Source: Minisyncoccota bacterium
GTDB lineage: Bacteria > Patescibacteriota > Minisyncoccia > UBA6257 > GWB1-50-10
Direction: 5' to 3'
Assembly: GCA_040880505.1 (NCBI GenBank)
Contig: JBBDIH010000212.1
Span: 22,751-86,750 of the forward strand
Length of the DNA: 64,000 nt
A program made the translations under genes and the position numbers. Below the pieces are notes generated by a model. That model was not told the DNA's origin. It was given only the letters and a program-made list of their open reading frames with translations, and did no database searches. Below, piece by piece: positions 39,774 to 49,650 of the stretch; position 1 is the first letter of the stretch; every line of letters starts with the position of its first letter.

Positions 39774-40807
39774 AAAACATATTATTCAAAAAATTTATAG
39801 GAATAGACTTAGGCACAGATAATACTCGCGTCTATATGAAGGGCAGAGGAATTATTATTAATGAGCCTTCAATAGTAGCTTATAACAATAGAACTAGCAG
39901 AGTTGTTGCCGTAGGTAGACAAGCAAAATCAATGCTTTCCCGTACACCTTCTCATATAACGGCTCTTCGCCCAATGTCTAATGGGGTTATAGCTGATTTT
40001 GATATGGCGAAAGAAATGATTCAATCATTTTTAAGAAGTTCAGAATTACCTTGGTCCTGGTTTACGCATATTATAGGCACTGTACCAACCAACCTTACTG
40101 AGGTTGAAAGAAAATCAGTAATTGATTTATTAAAAGAAACAGGTGCTAATGAAGTTAGTTTACTTGAGCAGCCACTGGCTGCAGCTTTTAGTAGTCAATT
40201 AAGCGTTCATACACCATCCGCATACATGATTGTTGATATTGGAGCTGGAACTACAGATATGGCTATTATATCTATGAATGGAATAGTTGTTTCAAAAAGA
40301 TTAAAAATAGCTGGTGATCATTTTAACGAAGAAATAATAAAAGGTGTGAAAAACGATATAAAATTAAACATTGGAGAACCAACATCAGAAGAGATTAAAC
40401 TAGCTGTGGGATCTGCTCTTCCTAGATCAAGCGAGAGTTTAGAAGTAACTATTAGAGGAAGAGATATTAGTACAGGATTACCAAAAGAAGTTACAGTAAA
40501 AGATTCTCAAGTTAGATCTTGGATTTCCGATTCATTAAAGACTATCTCATCATCTTTAAAAGATTTAATTGATATGACACCGCCAGAATTAGTAGGTGAT
40601 ATATATAAAAACGGTATTTATATGTGTGGAGGAGGATCACTTTTAAGAGGGATAGATGAGCTTATAGAAAAAGAAATAGGAGTTGAAGTAAATATTGTTG
40701 ATGAGCCTATAACTTGTGTTGCTAGAGGCTCTGGTGTTATTACAGAAAAATTTGAAGATTATAAGCATCTATTAAACAATTTTCCTTCACCTCTTCTTGA
40801 TAACTAA
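39770..40807 (+). CDS. MreB/Mbl-like actin homolog, copy 2
   Basis: It has IGIDLGTDNTRVY, DIGAGTTDMAIIS and YMCGGGS. It sits immediately upstream of mreC. Confidence 0.85.
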   Translation: MKNILFKKFIGIDLGTDNTRVYMKGRGIIINEPSIVAYNNRTSRVVAVGRQAKSMLSRTPSHITALRPMSNGVIADFDMAKEMIQSFLRSSELPWSWFTHIIGTVPTNLTEVERKSVIDLLKETGANEVSLLEQPLAAAFSSQLSVHTPSAYMIVDIGAGTTDMAIISMNGIVVSKRLKIAGDHFNEEIIKGVKNDIKLNIGEPTSEEIKLAVGSALPRSSESLEVTIRGRDISTGLPKEVTVKDSQVRSWISDSLKTISSSLKDLIDMTPPELVGDIYKNGIYMCGGGSLLRGIDELIEKEIGVEVNIVDEPITCVARGSGVITEKFEDYKHLLNNFPSPLLDN

Positions 40808-40824
40808 ATAAATTATTTAAACAA

Positions 40825-41514
40825 ATGAAATCACTTAGAAGTTTTGTTATTTTATTCATACTTCTTCTATTAATTATTGTGATTTTCTTTAGTAAATTTT
40901 CAATTTCATCTTTTATAAATAATATTTCAGATAGAATGAATAATATTTTTTCATCTACTTATTCATTAGAGGAATTTGAAAAAATAAAATTAGAAAATCA
41001 AAAATTAAAATCAGAAATAGAAAATTTAGAAAAATCCATAATATCAAATAGAGGAGAGGAATTAGAAGGATTTGTTTACTCAAGATATCCTTTTTCTGGT
41101 AAAGAAAATATAATTATAAACCTAGGCAAAAAGGATGGTGTATCAGAAGAAATGGCAGTTCTTACAGAAGAGGGTTTTCTTTTGGGTAAAGTAATAAATG
41201 TAAATAATTTTACTAGTGAAATAGAAACTATTTTTAATTCTGAATGGAAAAGTAGTGCTAGTGTCGGATTAGAAAATAAAGCAGTTTTAATAGGAGGTAA
41301 TAATCTCAAACTAGATCTAGTTTCTAAACAGGCTTTATTATCAACTGGTGATGAAGTCTTGAATAGCTCTTCAGAATTTCCATTTAATTCTTTAATTGGT
41401 TTTGTTAATGAAGTAAAAAATAACTCTAGTGATACCTGGTTAGAGGTCTCTGTTAATGTACCTTATAGTTTAAATGAAGTTAGAAAAGTTATAGTTTTAA
41501 CTCAATTTCCATAA
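40825..41514 (+). CDS. mreC: rod shape-determining protein MreC
   Basis: An N-terminal TM is followed by a coiled coil (LENQKLKSEIENLEK) and a beta-rich C-domain. It lies between mreB and mreD/PBP2. Confidence 0.65.
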   Translation: MKSLRSFVILFILLLLIIVIFFSKFSISSFINNISDRMNNIFSSTYSLEEFEKIKLENQKLKSEIENLEKSIISNRGEELEGFVYSRYPFSGKENIIINLGKKDGVSEEMAVLTEEGFLLGKVINVNNFTSEIETIFNSEWKSSASVGLENKAVLIGGNNLKLDLVSKQALLSTGDEVLNSSSEFPFNSLIGFVNEVKNNSSDTWLEVSVNVPYSLNEVRKVIVLTQFP

Positions 41515-42002
41515 TGATTATTTTAACAAAATCGATTATTTACACATTTATAATTACTCTCTTTTTATTAATCCAAGAAAGTTTATTTTTATTAGACATG
41601 AACCTGACATTAAATCTTGTTTTAATAGGTCTATCATTAATTATTTTTTTTGAAGAAGAAGTATTTTTAAAAATATATCCAGTTATTTTTTTCTCTCTTC
41701 TTCTTTTTTCTTGGTTTTGGTTTAGTTTATGGATTCATGAATTTATTATTTTTCTTTTAGTCGGATTTATTATTTTTTATTTATTTAAAGAATTCAAAGT
41801 AAAAAATGATTTTATAGACATTAATTTATTATTTTTCAGTTACTTTATTTTCTTCTTTTTATTTAGATACATCTTTGATTTTGTTTATTTTGATTTTGCT
41901 TTAATAGCTAGACCTCTTTTATATATTGTAATTATAGGTAATTTATTATTTTTGATTTTATTTAATTTTATAAACCAATGGACAATAAAACCCCACAACT
42001 AG
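41514..42002 (+). CDS. mreD: small polytopic membrane protein, probable MreD
   Basis: It is 162 aa and all hydrophobic helices. It is called by position between mreC and mrdA. Confidence 0.45.
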   Translation: MIILTKSIIYTFIITLFLLIQESLFLLDMNLTLNLVLIGLSLIIFFEEEVFLKIYPVIFFSLLLFSWFWFSLWIHEFIIFLLVGFIIFYLFKEFKVKNDFIDINLLFFSYFIFFFLFRYIFDFVYFDFALIARPLLYIVIIGNLLFLILFNFINQWTIKPHN

Positions 42003-43810
42003 AGGACATATTAGTTGATAAAATTTCAGAAGACGAACTTCTTGAAGTTCCTTTAAATAAAAGAGTTTTTACTCTTTTTTTATCATTTCTTTTTATAATT
42101 GTTTCAGTAGTATCAATTCAGTTTTTTAATATTTCTATTTTTAATTATGATTTTTATGACAAAAGTGCTTCTGCTAATTTTTCAAGATATGAAGTTGAAA
42201 GAGCTCCAAGAGGAATAATAAACGATAGAAATGGTGAGCCCCTACTACAAAACGAACCTTCATTTAAAACGTTTCTTTCTTTTAATAGATTACCAAAGGA
42301 TGAAAAATCAATTGAAGAAGTTTTAATTGATATAAGCAAGAAATTTAATTTATCTCAAGAGGAATTATTTGAAGAAGTTAAAAATCACGACTGGACAACA
42401 GGAAGATTTTTAATAAAAACAAATATATCTCATGATGAACTTGTTTCTATATCTTCATATGACATACCAGGACTAGACATAGAGCCCTCATTTTCGAGAA
42501 ATCATTACCATCCTTTAGCTTTTAGTCACATCTTAGGTTATACGGGTTTAGTAACTAAGCCTGACATAGAATCAAATCCAGACTTATACATTGAAGATGT
42601 TATTGGTAAAACAGGTCTAGAGTATTTTTATGATAACTACCTTAGGGGAGTAAATGGAAGAAGAATTAGAATTACCAATGCAATAGGTGAAACTCAAGAA
42701 TCTAATATTGTTAATAAACCAATAATAGGTAATGAATTAGATACTTTTATAGATAGAGATTTACAAGTTTATTTTTATGAAAGATTAAAACAGCAGATTG
42801 ATGCATTAGGCACTAACGCTGGAGCAGTTGGTTTAGCTGTTAATCCTCAAAATGGTGAAGTTTTAGCTTTAATTAATTTGCCTTCGTATAACATTAATAA
42901 TATAAAAGATTATTTATTTGGAGATAATGAACCGCTATTCAATAGATCTGTAAGTGGAGTGTATAATCCAGGTTCAACAGTAAAGCCCTTAGTGGCTATA
43001 GCTGGCCTAGAAGAGGGAGTAATAGATGACGATGATACTTTTTATTCACCAGGGTACCTAGAAATACCAAACAGGTTTAATCCATCAAATCCATCAAGAT
43101 TTATGGACTGGAAACCTCATGGTTGGGTAGATGTTTATTCAGCTTTAGCCAGATCAAGTAATGTGTATTTTTATATAACTGGAGGTGGTTATGAAGACAC
43201 AACTGGTTTAGGTATTAGTAGACTTAATAAGTGGTGGCATAAATTTAATTTAGGTGATAAAACTGAAATTGATATACCAGGAGAAAGCATTGGTCTTTTA
43301 CCAGATCCTGAATGGAAAGAAGAAGTTACAGGAAGAAGTTGGTTACTAGGTGATACTTATAACGTAAGTATTGGTCAAGGAGACTTTGCTATAACTCCTC
43401 TTGGTTTAATTAACTATATTAGTTCGATTGCTAATAGAGGGGAAATAAACCAGTTAAGAGTATCAAAGAAACAAGAGCGAAGAGTACTTAAAGACATATC
43501 AAATGATATAAGTGAGAATACTTTTAATATAGTTGAGCAAGGAATGATAGATGCAGTTGAAAAAAGTTATGGTACTGCTAATTCTTTATCTAATCTGCCA
43601 ATTTCTATAGCTGCTAAAACTGGTAGTGCTGAAGTTGGTATAAATAAATCTAGCGAAAATGCTTTCTTCATTGGTTATGCTCCAGTTGAAAATCCAGAAA
43701 TAGCCATCCTTGTTTTAATAGAAAACTCACAAGAAGGAAGTTTAAACGCTGTTCCAGTAGCGAGAGACGTTTTCATGTGGTATTATGAAAACCAAATAAA
43801 TAAACCCTAA
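41978..43810 (+). CDS. mrdA: penicillin-binding protein 2 (elongasome transpeptidase)
   Basis: An N-terminal TM and dimerisation domain are followed by the transpeptidase motifs STVKP, SSN and KTGSAE. Confidence 0.85.
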   Translation: MDNKTPQLEDILVDKISEDELLEVPLNKRVFTLFLSFLFIIVSVVSIQFFNISIFNYDFYDKSASANFSRYEVERAPRGIINDRNGEPLLQNEPSFKTFLSFNRLPKDEKSIEEVLIDISKKFNLSQEELFEEVKNHDWTTGRFLIKTNISHDELVSISSYDIPGLDIEPSFSRNHYHPLAFSHILGYTGLVTKPDIESNPDLYIEDVIGKTGLEYFYDNYLRGVNGRRIRITNAIGETQESNIVNKPIIGNELDTFIDRDLQVYFYERLKQQIDALGTNAGAVGLAVNPQNGEVLALINLPSYNINNIKDYLFGDNEPLFNRSVSGVYNPGSTVKPLVAIAGLEEGVIDDDDTFYSPGYLEIPNRFNPSNPSRFMDWKPHGWVDVYSALARSSNVYFYITGGGYEDTTGLGISRLNKWWHKFNLGDKTEIDIPGESIGLLPDPEWKEEVTGRSWLLGDTYNVSIGQGDFAITPLGLINYISSIANRGEINQLRVSKKQERRVLKDISNDISENTFNIVEQGMIDAVEKSYGTANSLSNLPISIAAKTGSAEVGINKSSENAFFIGYAPVENPEIAILVLIENSQEGSLNAVPVARDVFMWYYENQINKP

Positions 43811-43827
43811 AAAGAAAAAACAATATT

Positions 43828-44286
43828 ATGGATACATTTTACTTATCAAAAAAACGTTTTGATGCTTTAGAAAAAGAGTTAGAAGAACTTAAATCTAAGG
43901 GTCGCTATGAAGTAGCTGAAAAGTTGAAGTCAGCTAAAGATCTTGGTGATTTATCAGAAAACTTTGAGTACCAAGAAGCCAAAAAAGAAAAAGACCAGTT
44001 AGAGCAAAAAATTAATAGGATTGAATCTATTGTTAGAAATGCAGAAATCATTAAAAAACCATCTAAAACAGATGTTGTTACTGTTGGCTCAAAAGTAACT
44101 ATTAAAAGAGATGGTAAGTCTGTCACTTATACAATTGTTGGATCTAATGAAACTGATCCAGAGCAGGGATATATATCTAACGAATCTCCAATAGGAACTA
44201 ACCTTTTAGGTAAGAGAAAAGGTGATGAATTTGAAATTAAAACACCAAAAGGTAAAGTTTCCTGCAAAATAACAAAAATAGAGTAA
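43828..44286 (+). CDS. greA: transcription elongation factor GreA
   Basis: An N-terminal coiled coil (with the DLSENFEYQEAK acidic tip) is followed by a C-terminal FKBP-like domain. Confidence 0.9.
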   Translation: MDTFYLSKKRFDALEKELEELKSKGRYEVAEKLKSAKDLGDLSENFEYQEAKKEKDQLEQKINRIESIVRNAEIIKKPSKTDVVTVGSKVTIKRDGKSVTYTIVGSNETDPEQGYISNESPIGTNLLGKRKGDEFEIKTPKGKVSCKITKIE

Positions 44287-44297
44287 GACCTAAACAC

Positions 44298-44340
44298 CAA
44301 AGCATAGCCCGGTATCCATTTTATATGGATGCTTTTTATT
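44298..44340 (+). terminator. hairpin (ATCCAT-TTTAT-ATGGAT inside AAAGC/GCTTT) followed by TTTTTATTTT
   Basis: It starts 12 nt after the greA stop. Confidence 0.5.
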
Positions 44341-44392
44341 TTGTAGTGATTAGATTACTCTGCTATCATATTATTAAACTAAATTTTAATAT

Positions 44393-45841
44393 ATGAGCTT
44401 AGAAGACATAAAAAAAGACAGAATAAAAAAGTTAGAAACTTACAAAAAAGAAAGTAACCCTTATCCAGCACGTGTAGAGAAGAACATTAGTATTGAAGAA
44501 ATACTTAATAATTTTTCTGATCTAGAGAAATCTCAAGAAAAACAATCTATCGTAGGTAGAGTTATGGCTTTTCGTGATATGGGTAAAATCATCTTTTCTG
44601 ATTTATCTGATGAAACAGGAAAAATTCAAGCTGTAATAAAAGAAGGTGATGTAGAAAATTTTGAACTTATTCAAGAGACAGTAGATATAGGAGATTTCTT
44701 AGAAATTAAAGGTCCTGTATTTGAAACAAAGAGAGGAGAAAAAAGTTTACTAGCTAGTTCGGTTTTAATTGCTACAAAAAGCATTAGACCAATACCAAAA
44801 AGTTTTTATGGAATTGAAGACACAGAAACAAAGCTAAGAAAAAGATATCTTGATCTTCTTTTAAATAAAGATATAAAAGATTTATTTGTTAAAAAAAATA
44901 AATTTTGGAAAACAGTAAGAAATTATTTAGAAGAAAACGAATTTTTAGAAGTAGAAACTCCTGTGTTAGAAGCTATTCCTGGGGGAGCAGAAGCAGAACC
45001 ATTTGTAACTCATCACAATGCACTAGATAAAGATTTTTACTTAAGAATTTCTTTAGAACTTCCTTTAAAGAAAATACTAGTTGGAGGTTTTGAAAAAGTT
45101 TTTGAAATAGGAAGAATCTTTAGAAACGAAGGCATGAGTAAAGAGCATTTACAAGATTATACTCAAATGGAGTGTTACCGTGCTTACTGGGACTACAATG
45201 ATATGATGAAATTTACTGAAGAGATGTATAAAAACATAATTAAAAATATATTCGGTAAACTAGAAACTACTTATGGAGAAAATACTATAGACTGGAGTGG
45301 AGAGTGGGAGAAAGTAGAGTACTTTAAAGCTTTTGAAAAAGAAACCGGAATTGATTTAAATGAAACGTCTATAGATGAACTAAAAGAAAAAGCAAAAGAG
45401 TTAGGTATAAATTTAGAAAATAATTTAGGAAAGGGTAGATTAATCGATTTAATTTATAAAAAAACAGTAAGACCAAAATTAATTAAACCATCCTTTTTAA
45501 TTGATCCACCAATTGAAGTTGAACCATTAGCAAAACGTCATGAGGACAACCCTAATAAAGTAGAGAGGTTCCAGATTGTAGCAGCTGGGACTGAATTAGG
45601 AAAAGGATTTTCTGAACTTAATGATCCACAAGATCAAAGAGAAAGATTTGAACAGCAGATGAAACTGAGAGAGCAAGGAGATGATGAAGCTCAAATGTTA
45701 AGTGAAGACTTCTTAGAAGCTTTAGAGTATGGAATGCCTCCAGCAGCCGGATTTGGAATGTCCGAAAGATTATTTGCTGTTCTAATGAACAGACCGGTTA
45801 GAGAAACTGTAATATTCCCACTAATGAGAGAAGACAAATAA
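44393..45841 (+). CDS. lysS: lysine--tRNA ligase (class II)
   Basis: An N-terminal OB fold is followed by class II motifs (FRNEGMSKEHLQDYTQME, GGAG). Confidence 0.9.
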   Translation: MSLEDIKKDRIKKLETYKKESNPYPARVEKNISIEEILNNFSDLEKSQEKQSIVGRVMAFRDMGKIIFSDLSDETGKIQAVIKEGDVENFELIQETVDIGDFLEIKGPVFETKRGEKSLLASSVLIATKSIRPIPKSFYGIEDTETKLRKRYLDLLLNKDIKDLFVKKNKFWKTVRNYLEENEFLEVETPVLEAIPGGAEAEPFVTHHNALDKDFYLRISLELPLKKILVGGFEKVFEIGRIFRNEGMSKEHLQDYTQMECYRAYWDYNDMMKFTEEMYKNIIKNIFGKLETTYGENTIDWSGEWEKVEYFKAFEKETGIDLNETSIDELKEKAKELGINLENNLGKGRLIDLIYKKTVRPKLIKPSFLIDPPIEVEPLAKRHEDNPNKVERFQIVAAGTELGKGFSELNDPQDQRERFEQQMKLREQGDDEAQMLSEDFLEALEYGMPPAAGFGMSERLFAVLMNRPVRETVIFPLMREDK

Positions 45842-45874
45842 AAAAGCGCATGAATTCATGCGCCTTAAATTTTA
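45841..45874. terminator. bidirectional terminator GCGCATG-AATT-CATGCGC between convergent lysS and the minus-strand ORF
   Basis: This perfect 18-nt palindrome has an A-run upstream and a T-run downstream. Confidence 0.7.
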
Positions 45875-45884
45875 GAGTTGTAAT

Positions 45885-46598
45885 TTAAAATGAATAAGTG
45901 GTAATTAAGCTAAACTGAGTTTCTACTGAAGGAATATTAGAAATAATAGGCGGTACAGCCTGAAAAGTCAGTGAAAAAGGTAATGAGTTGTGACTTGCTG
46001 ATATAGAAGGTGATATAAACAATCCATCATTATCGCCTGTAAAATCAATATAGAAAATACTATTAGAAATAGATATTCCTACAGAATTAATTTTAAACAG
46101 ATTTTGTAATGAAGTTGTTGTCATTAAAAAGTGACCATTAAGTGTTCTGTCTCCCATGCCATGAGAGTACCAGTACTTAAATGATTGATCGATTTCCATT
46201 TTTTCTATTTCAGTAGAGGTTTCTCCATAAACTTCAAAAGCTAGATATCTTGTAGATTCTCTAACCAAATCTCCATTAAGTTTATCACTATAATTTTGAC
46301 CAAAGGTTGAGTAATCAACACCAAGACTAAGATTTTGAATTGGTTTATATTTTAACCATATATCTGAAAACCATATATGACCTTCATAAGTAAAAGCCAT
46401 ATCAGTTACAACAATTACTTTTCCGTAATCAACAGATATATCTCCATAAAAAGCAGGCTCCTCTATACCAAAAGATGGGATAGGAGATGCTCCGGAAGTC
46501 ATAAAAGAAAGATTACCAGAAACATCTTGTCCAAGAACTGTGCCTTCAATTCCAAATATAATCAGTAAAGTTGTTAAAAAACCATAGATTATTTTCAT
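45885..46598 (-). CDS. hypothetical secreted beta-rich protein (outer-membrane-protein-like C-terminus)
   Basis: A signal peptide MKIIYGFLTTLLIIFGIEGTVLG is present. Alternating hydrophobic beta patterns run through the protein, and the C-terminal strand ends ...LITTYSF. Confidence 0.4.
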   Translation of the reverse strand: MKIIYGFLTTLLIIFGIEGTVLGQDVSGNLSFMTSGASPIPSFGIEEPAFYGDISVDYGKVIVVTDMAFTYEGHIWFSDIWLKYKPIQNLSLGVDYSTFGQNYSDKLNGDLVRESTRYLAFEVYGETSTEIEKMEIDQSFKYWYSHGMGDRTLNGHFLMTTTSLQNLFKINSVGISISNSIFYIDFTGDNDGLFISPSISASHNSLPFSLTFQAVPPIISNIPSVETQFSLITTYSF

Positions 46599-46673
46599 TT
46601 AAATCTCCATATTTAGTTTTCAATTATTATTAACTGCTTTAAATTATATAATATATATCAATATCTGTCAAAG

Positions 46674-46716
46674 ATTTATGCCCTCGGGAGGCATAAATTT
46701 CTGGGGATAACTTTTT
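46674..46716. repeat. partial palindromic repeat copy (inner hairpin ATTTATGCC-CTCGGGA-GGCATAAAT plus right outer arm TTCTGGGGATAACTTTT), in the serS upstream region
   Basis: The loop is the reverse complement of the copy-1 loop, so this is the same element in inverted orientation. Confidence 0.75.
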
Positions 46717-46756
46717 TTTATTTATCTTTTTTCCTATTACTTGCTATTATTAAAAC

Positions 46757-48013
46757 ATGTTAGATATAAACTTAATTAGAGAAAATCCTGAAAAAGTAAA
46801 AGAAGGCATCAAAAAGAAAAACATAGACGAAAGTCTTGTTGATAAATTTTTAGAAGTAGACGAAGAATGGAGATCTCAATCTACTGAATTTGATAACCTA
46901 AAAGCAGAGCAAAATAAAATCAGTAAAAAAATATCATCAGGTGGTAAAGATGATGACTTAATTAAACAAGCAAAAGAATTAAAAGAAAAACTTTCAGAAA
47001 TATCTGAAAAAGAAAAAACCTTAAACGAAGAGAGAATGAATATTCTTTCTCAAATACCAAACATTCCTTCAGAAAAAGCTTTAGTTGGTAAAGGAGAAGA
47101 GGACAATAAAGTTATAAGAACAGTAGGTGATAAACCTAAATTTGATTTTGAACCAAAAGACTACATGGAGATAGGAGAGTCTTTAGGGATAATTGATATG
47201 AAGCGTGCTGCAGAAATATCTGGTAGTAGATTTAGCTATTTACTAGGTAAGGCCGCACTACTTGAGTTTGGGTTAGTGCAACTCGCAATGGAAACTTTAG
47301 TTGAAAAAGGATTTAAACCAATAGTTCCTCCAGTGATGGTAAAACCAGAGATTATGCAGAAGATGGGTAAAGGAAAGTTTTTAGAAGAAAATGATGCTTT
47401 TTATGTGAATGAAGATAATCTTTATATGGCAGGGTCATCAGAACATACTATAGGACCATTTCATATGAATGAAGTACTTAGAGGTAAAGATTTACCTATT
47501 AGGTATATTGGATTTTCAACTTGTTTTAGAAGAGAAGCGGGTTCATATGGGAAAGACACAAAAGGAATTCTTAGAGTTCATCAATTTGATAAAGCTGAAA
47601 TGTTTTCAATTACAACTCCTGATAAATCTGAAGAAGAACACGAGTTTTTAGTAAGCTGTCAGGAACAACTTCTTCAAAAACTTGAACTTCCATATCAGGT
47701 TTTAGAAGTTTGTACTGGTGATATGACTTGGGCTGATTCAAGGCAATATGATTTAGAAACTTGGATTCCGTCTCAAAATAAATACAGAGAAACTAACTCA
47801 GCTTCTAACACAACTGACTTTCAGTCTAGAGGAGTTAATATTAAATATGATAAAGGTGGCAGTACTGAGTTTGTACATATGTTAAATGCTACTGCTTTTG
47901 CAATGGGCAGAATATTAATTGCTTTAATAGAAAATCATCAGACTAAAGAGGGAACAATAATAATTCCAAAATCTTTACAGAAATATGTGAATTTTGAAGA
48001 GATAACCCTGTAA
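46757..48013 (+). CDS. serS: serine--tRNA ligase
   Basis: An N-terminal coiled-coil arm is followed by class II motifs (FRREAGS, GSAFA-like NATAFA). Confidence 0.9.
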   Translation: MLDINLIRENPEKVKEGIKKKNIDESLVDKFLEVDEEWRSQSTEFDNLKAEQNKISKKISSGGKDDDLIKQAKELKEKLSEISEKEKTLNEERMNILSQIPNIPSEKALVGKGEEDNKVIRTVGDKPKFDFEPKDYMEIGESLGIIDMKRAAEISGSRFSYLLGKAALLEFGLVQLAMETLVEKGFKPIVPPVMVKPEIMQKMGKGKFLEENDAFYVNEDNLYMAGSSEHTIGPFHMNEVLRGKDLPIRYIGFSTCFRREAGSYGKDTKGILRVHQFDKAEMFSITTPDKSEEEHEFLVSCQEQLLQKLELPYQVLEVCTGDMTWADSRQYDLETWIPSQNKYRETNSASNTTDFQSRGVNIKYDKGGSTEFVHMLNATAFAMGRILIALIENHQTKEGTIIIPKSLQKYVNFEEITL

Positions 48014-48014
48014 G

Positions 48015-48797
48015 ATGAGAAGAAGAAAGAAGAAAATAAAACCTTTTTGGAAAGCTGTAATAATTTTTAAATTATCAGTTCTTATATTAGCGGGTTTAGG
48101 GTATGTTGTTTTAAATTCAAATTTTCTTAAAGTACAATCTTTAAGTTTTTTAGGTTCTGATTATTATAATGAAAATATATTGAGAGCAAGCATCTTAACC
48201 CAAGTTTTAGAAGAAAAGAAATTTTTAGCTGTTTTAGGGTCTAATAATATTCTTTTTTGGATTTTTGCAGATGATAAAGGGACAATAAATGTAAACAGAA
48301 AAACTCTTTATTTAGATAAGATAACAGTAAAAACAAACCCACTAAAAAGAGAGGTGAAAATAAACATGGAAGAAAAAGATGTTTTTGGTGTTATTTGTGA
48401 TAAAGAAGAGAATTGTTTTGCTTTTGATAATCAAGGCTTGATATTTTCTCAAGCACCTTCTGTAAAAGGATCATTAATAATGAGAATAGATGAACTTACT
48501 GGAGACCAGATTATTATAGGAGAAAAAGTTTTTTCTAGAGAAGAATGGACTGAAAATGTTTTTACTATATTTTTAAATGTTAAAAATAATGGATTTAATC
48601 CTTCAAGTGTAACAATTAAACCAGCTGAACTTAGGGAGTTTAGTATAACTATGTCTTCAGGATTAGTGTTTCATTTTAGTCTTGAATTTGTTCCAGAGGA
48701 TTTTAATAATGTTTTAAAAGCAGTAAATAGAAAATTAGAAATAGAAAATATTAATTATATAGATTTTAAAGTTCCTGACAGAATATATTATCAATAG
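48015..48797 (+). CDS. FtsQ/DivIB-like cell division protein (bitopic, POTRA-like)
   Basis: It has a basic N-terminus and one TM. The C-terminus INYIDFKVPDRIYY resembles the FtsQ C-terminal ISYVDLRY. Confidence 0.45.
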   Translation: MRRRKKKIKPFWKAVIIFKLSVLILAGLGYVVLNSNFLKVQSLSFLGSDYYNENILRASILTQVLEEKKFLAVLGSNNILFWIFADDKGTINVNRKTLYLDKITVKTNPLKREVKINMEEKDVFGVICDKEENCFAFDNQGLIFSQAPSVKGSLIMRIDELTGDQIIIGEKVFSREEWTENVFTIFLNVKNNGFNPSSVTIKPAELREFSITMSSGLVFHFSLEFVPEDFNNVLKAVNRKLEIENINYIDFKVPDRIYYQ

Positions 48798-48814
48798 TAT
48801 AATTAATAATAATT

Positions 48815-49588
48815 ATGATAAAAAATAAATTTAACAATAAAGGATTTTCACTAGTAGAACTTTTGATATATATAGGTATATTTGCTGCTAGTGCTGTTTT
48901 TTTAGTAAGTATCTTAATCATTTTCACTAGGATTCATGTTAGACAAACTTCTGTAAATGAGGTTAATTCTCAAGTCTCTTTTGTTAATAATTTTATTCAA
49001 AACAAAGTAAGAGAAGCCTCTCTTATAGACATGAATGCAGGAATATCAACAACAACTATTAACTTAAGAATGGCATCAAGCACTATGGACCCAACATTAA
49101 TTTACTGGGAAGATGAAACAGTTTTCTTCAAAGAAGGATCAAATGATCCAATTCCTTTAACTAACTCTAATGTGTCAATTTCTGATTTTTCTGTAGTTAA
49201 GTATCAAAATCCTGGAGGACATGACATAGCTCAAGTTCACTTAACCGTTAATTACAATACAGATAATTCCAGAGCAGAGTATCAAAGAAGCATAAGAACA
49301 GCCATAAGTAGAGTTTCTGCAGCTACTTTTGATTCGGATATTTTGCCGAATCAAGGTAATTCTTTTGATATAGGTAATTCCAGCCAAAATTGGAGAGATG
49401 CTTACTTTTCAGGACACATAGGTGTTGGCACAACTCCAGTTTCTAGTGCAAGTATTAAGGTAACAGATGATATATCATTTACTCAATCAGATATTGGAGT
49501 TATTTTAGTTGCTCCAGACAGTTCTTGTTTTAGAATTAGTATTGATAATGCCGGTGCTCTCTCAACGTCCTCTGTAGCTTGTCCTTAA
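48815..49588 (+). CDS. type IV pilin-like protein (prepilin N-terminal cleavage/methylation domain)
   Basis: KGFSLVELLIYIGIFAASAVFL has the classic G/F-S-L-x-E-L class III signal peptide. Confidence 0.7.
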   Translation: MIKNKFNNKGFSLVELLIYIGIFAASAVFLVSILIIFTRIHVRQTSVNEVNSQVSFVNNFIQNKVREASLIDMNAGISTTTINLRMASSTMDPTLIYWEDETVFFKEGSNDPIPLTNSNVSISDFSVVKYQNPGGHDIAQVHLTVNYNTDNSRAEYQRSIRTAISRVSAATFDSDILPNQGNSFDIGNSSQNWRDAYFSGHIGVGTTPVSSASIKVTDDISFTQSDIGVILVAPDSSCFRISIDNAGALSTSSVACP

Positions 49589-49604
49589 ATTATAAAACAC
49601 TCTA

Positions 49605-49631
49605 CTAGCACTTGACTGCTTTAAGTGCTAG
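49605..49631. promoter_or_regulatory. CIRCE-type operator (CTAGCACTT-N9-AAGTGCTAG) for HrcA
   Basis: The layout is a 9-bp perfect inverted repeat, a 9-nt spacer, and another 9 bp. The consensus is TTAGCACTC-N9-GAGTGCTAA. It sits directly upstream of hrcA. Confidence 0.8.
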
Positions 49632-49650
49632 TGATAGAATTTTTATCGTG

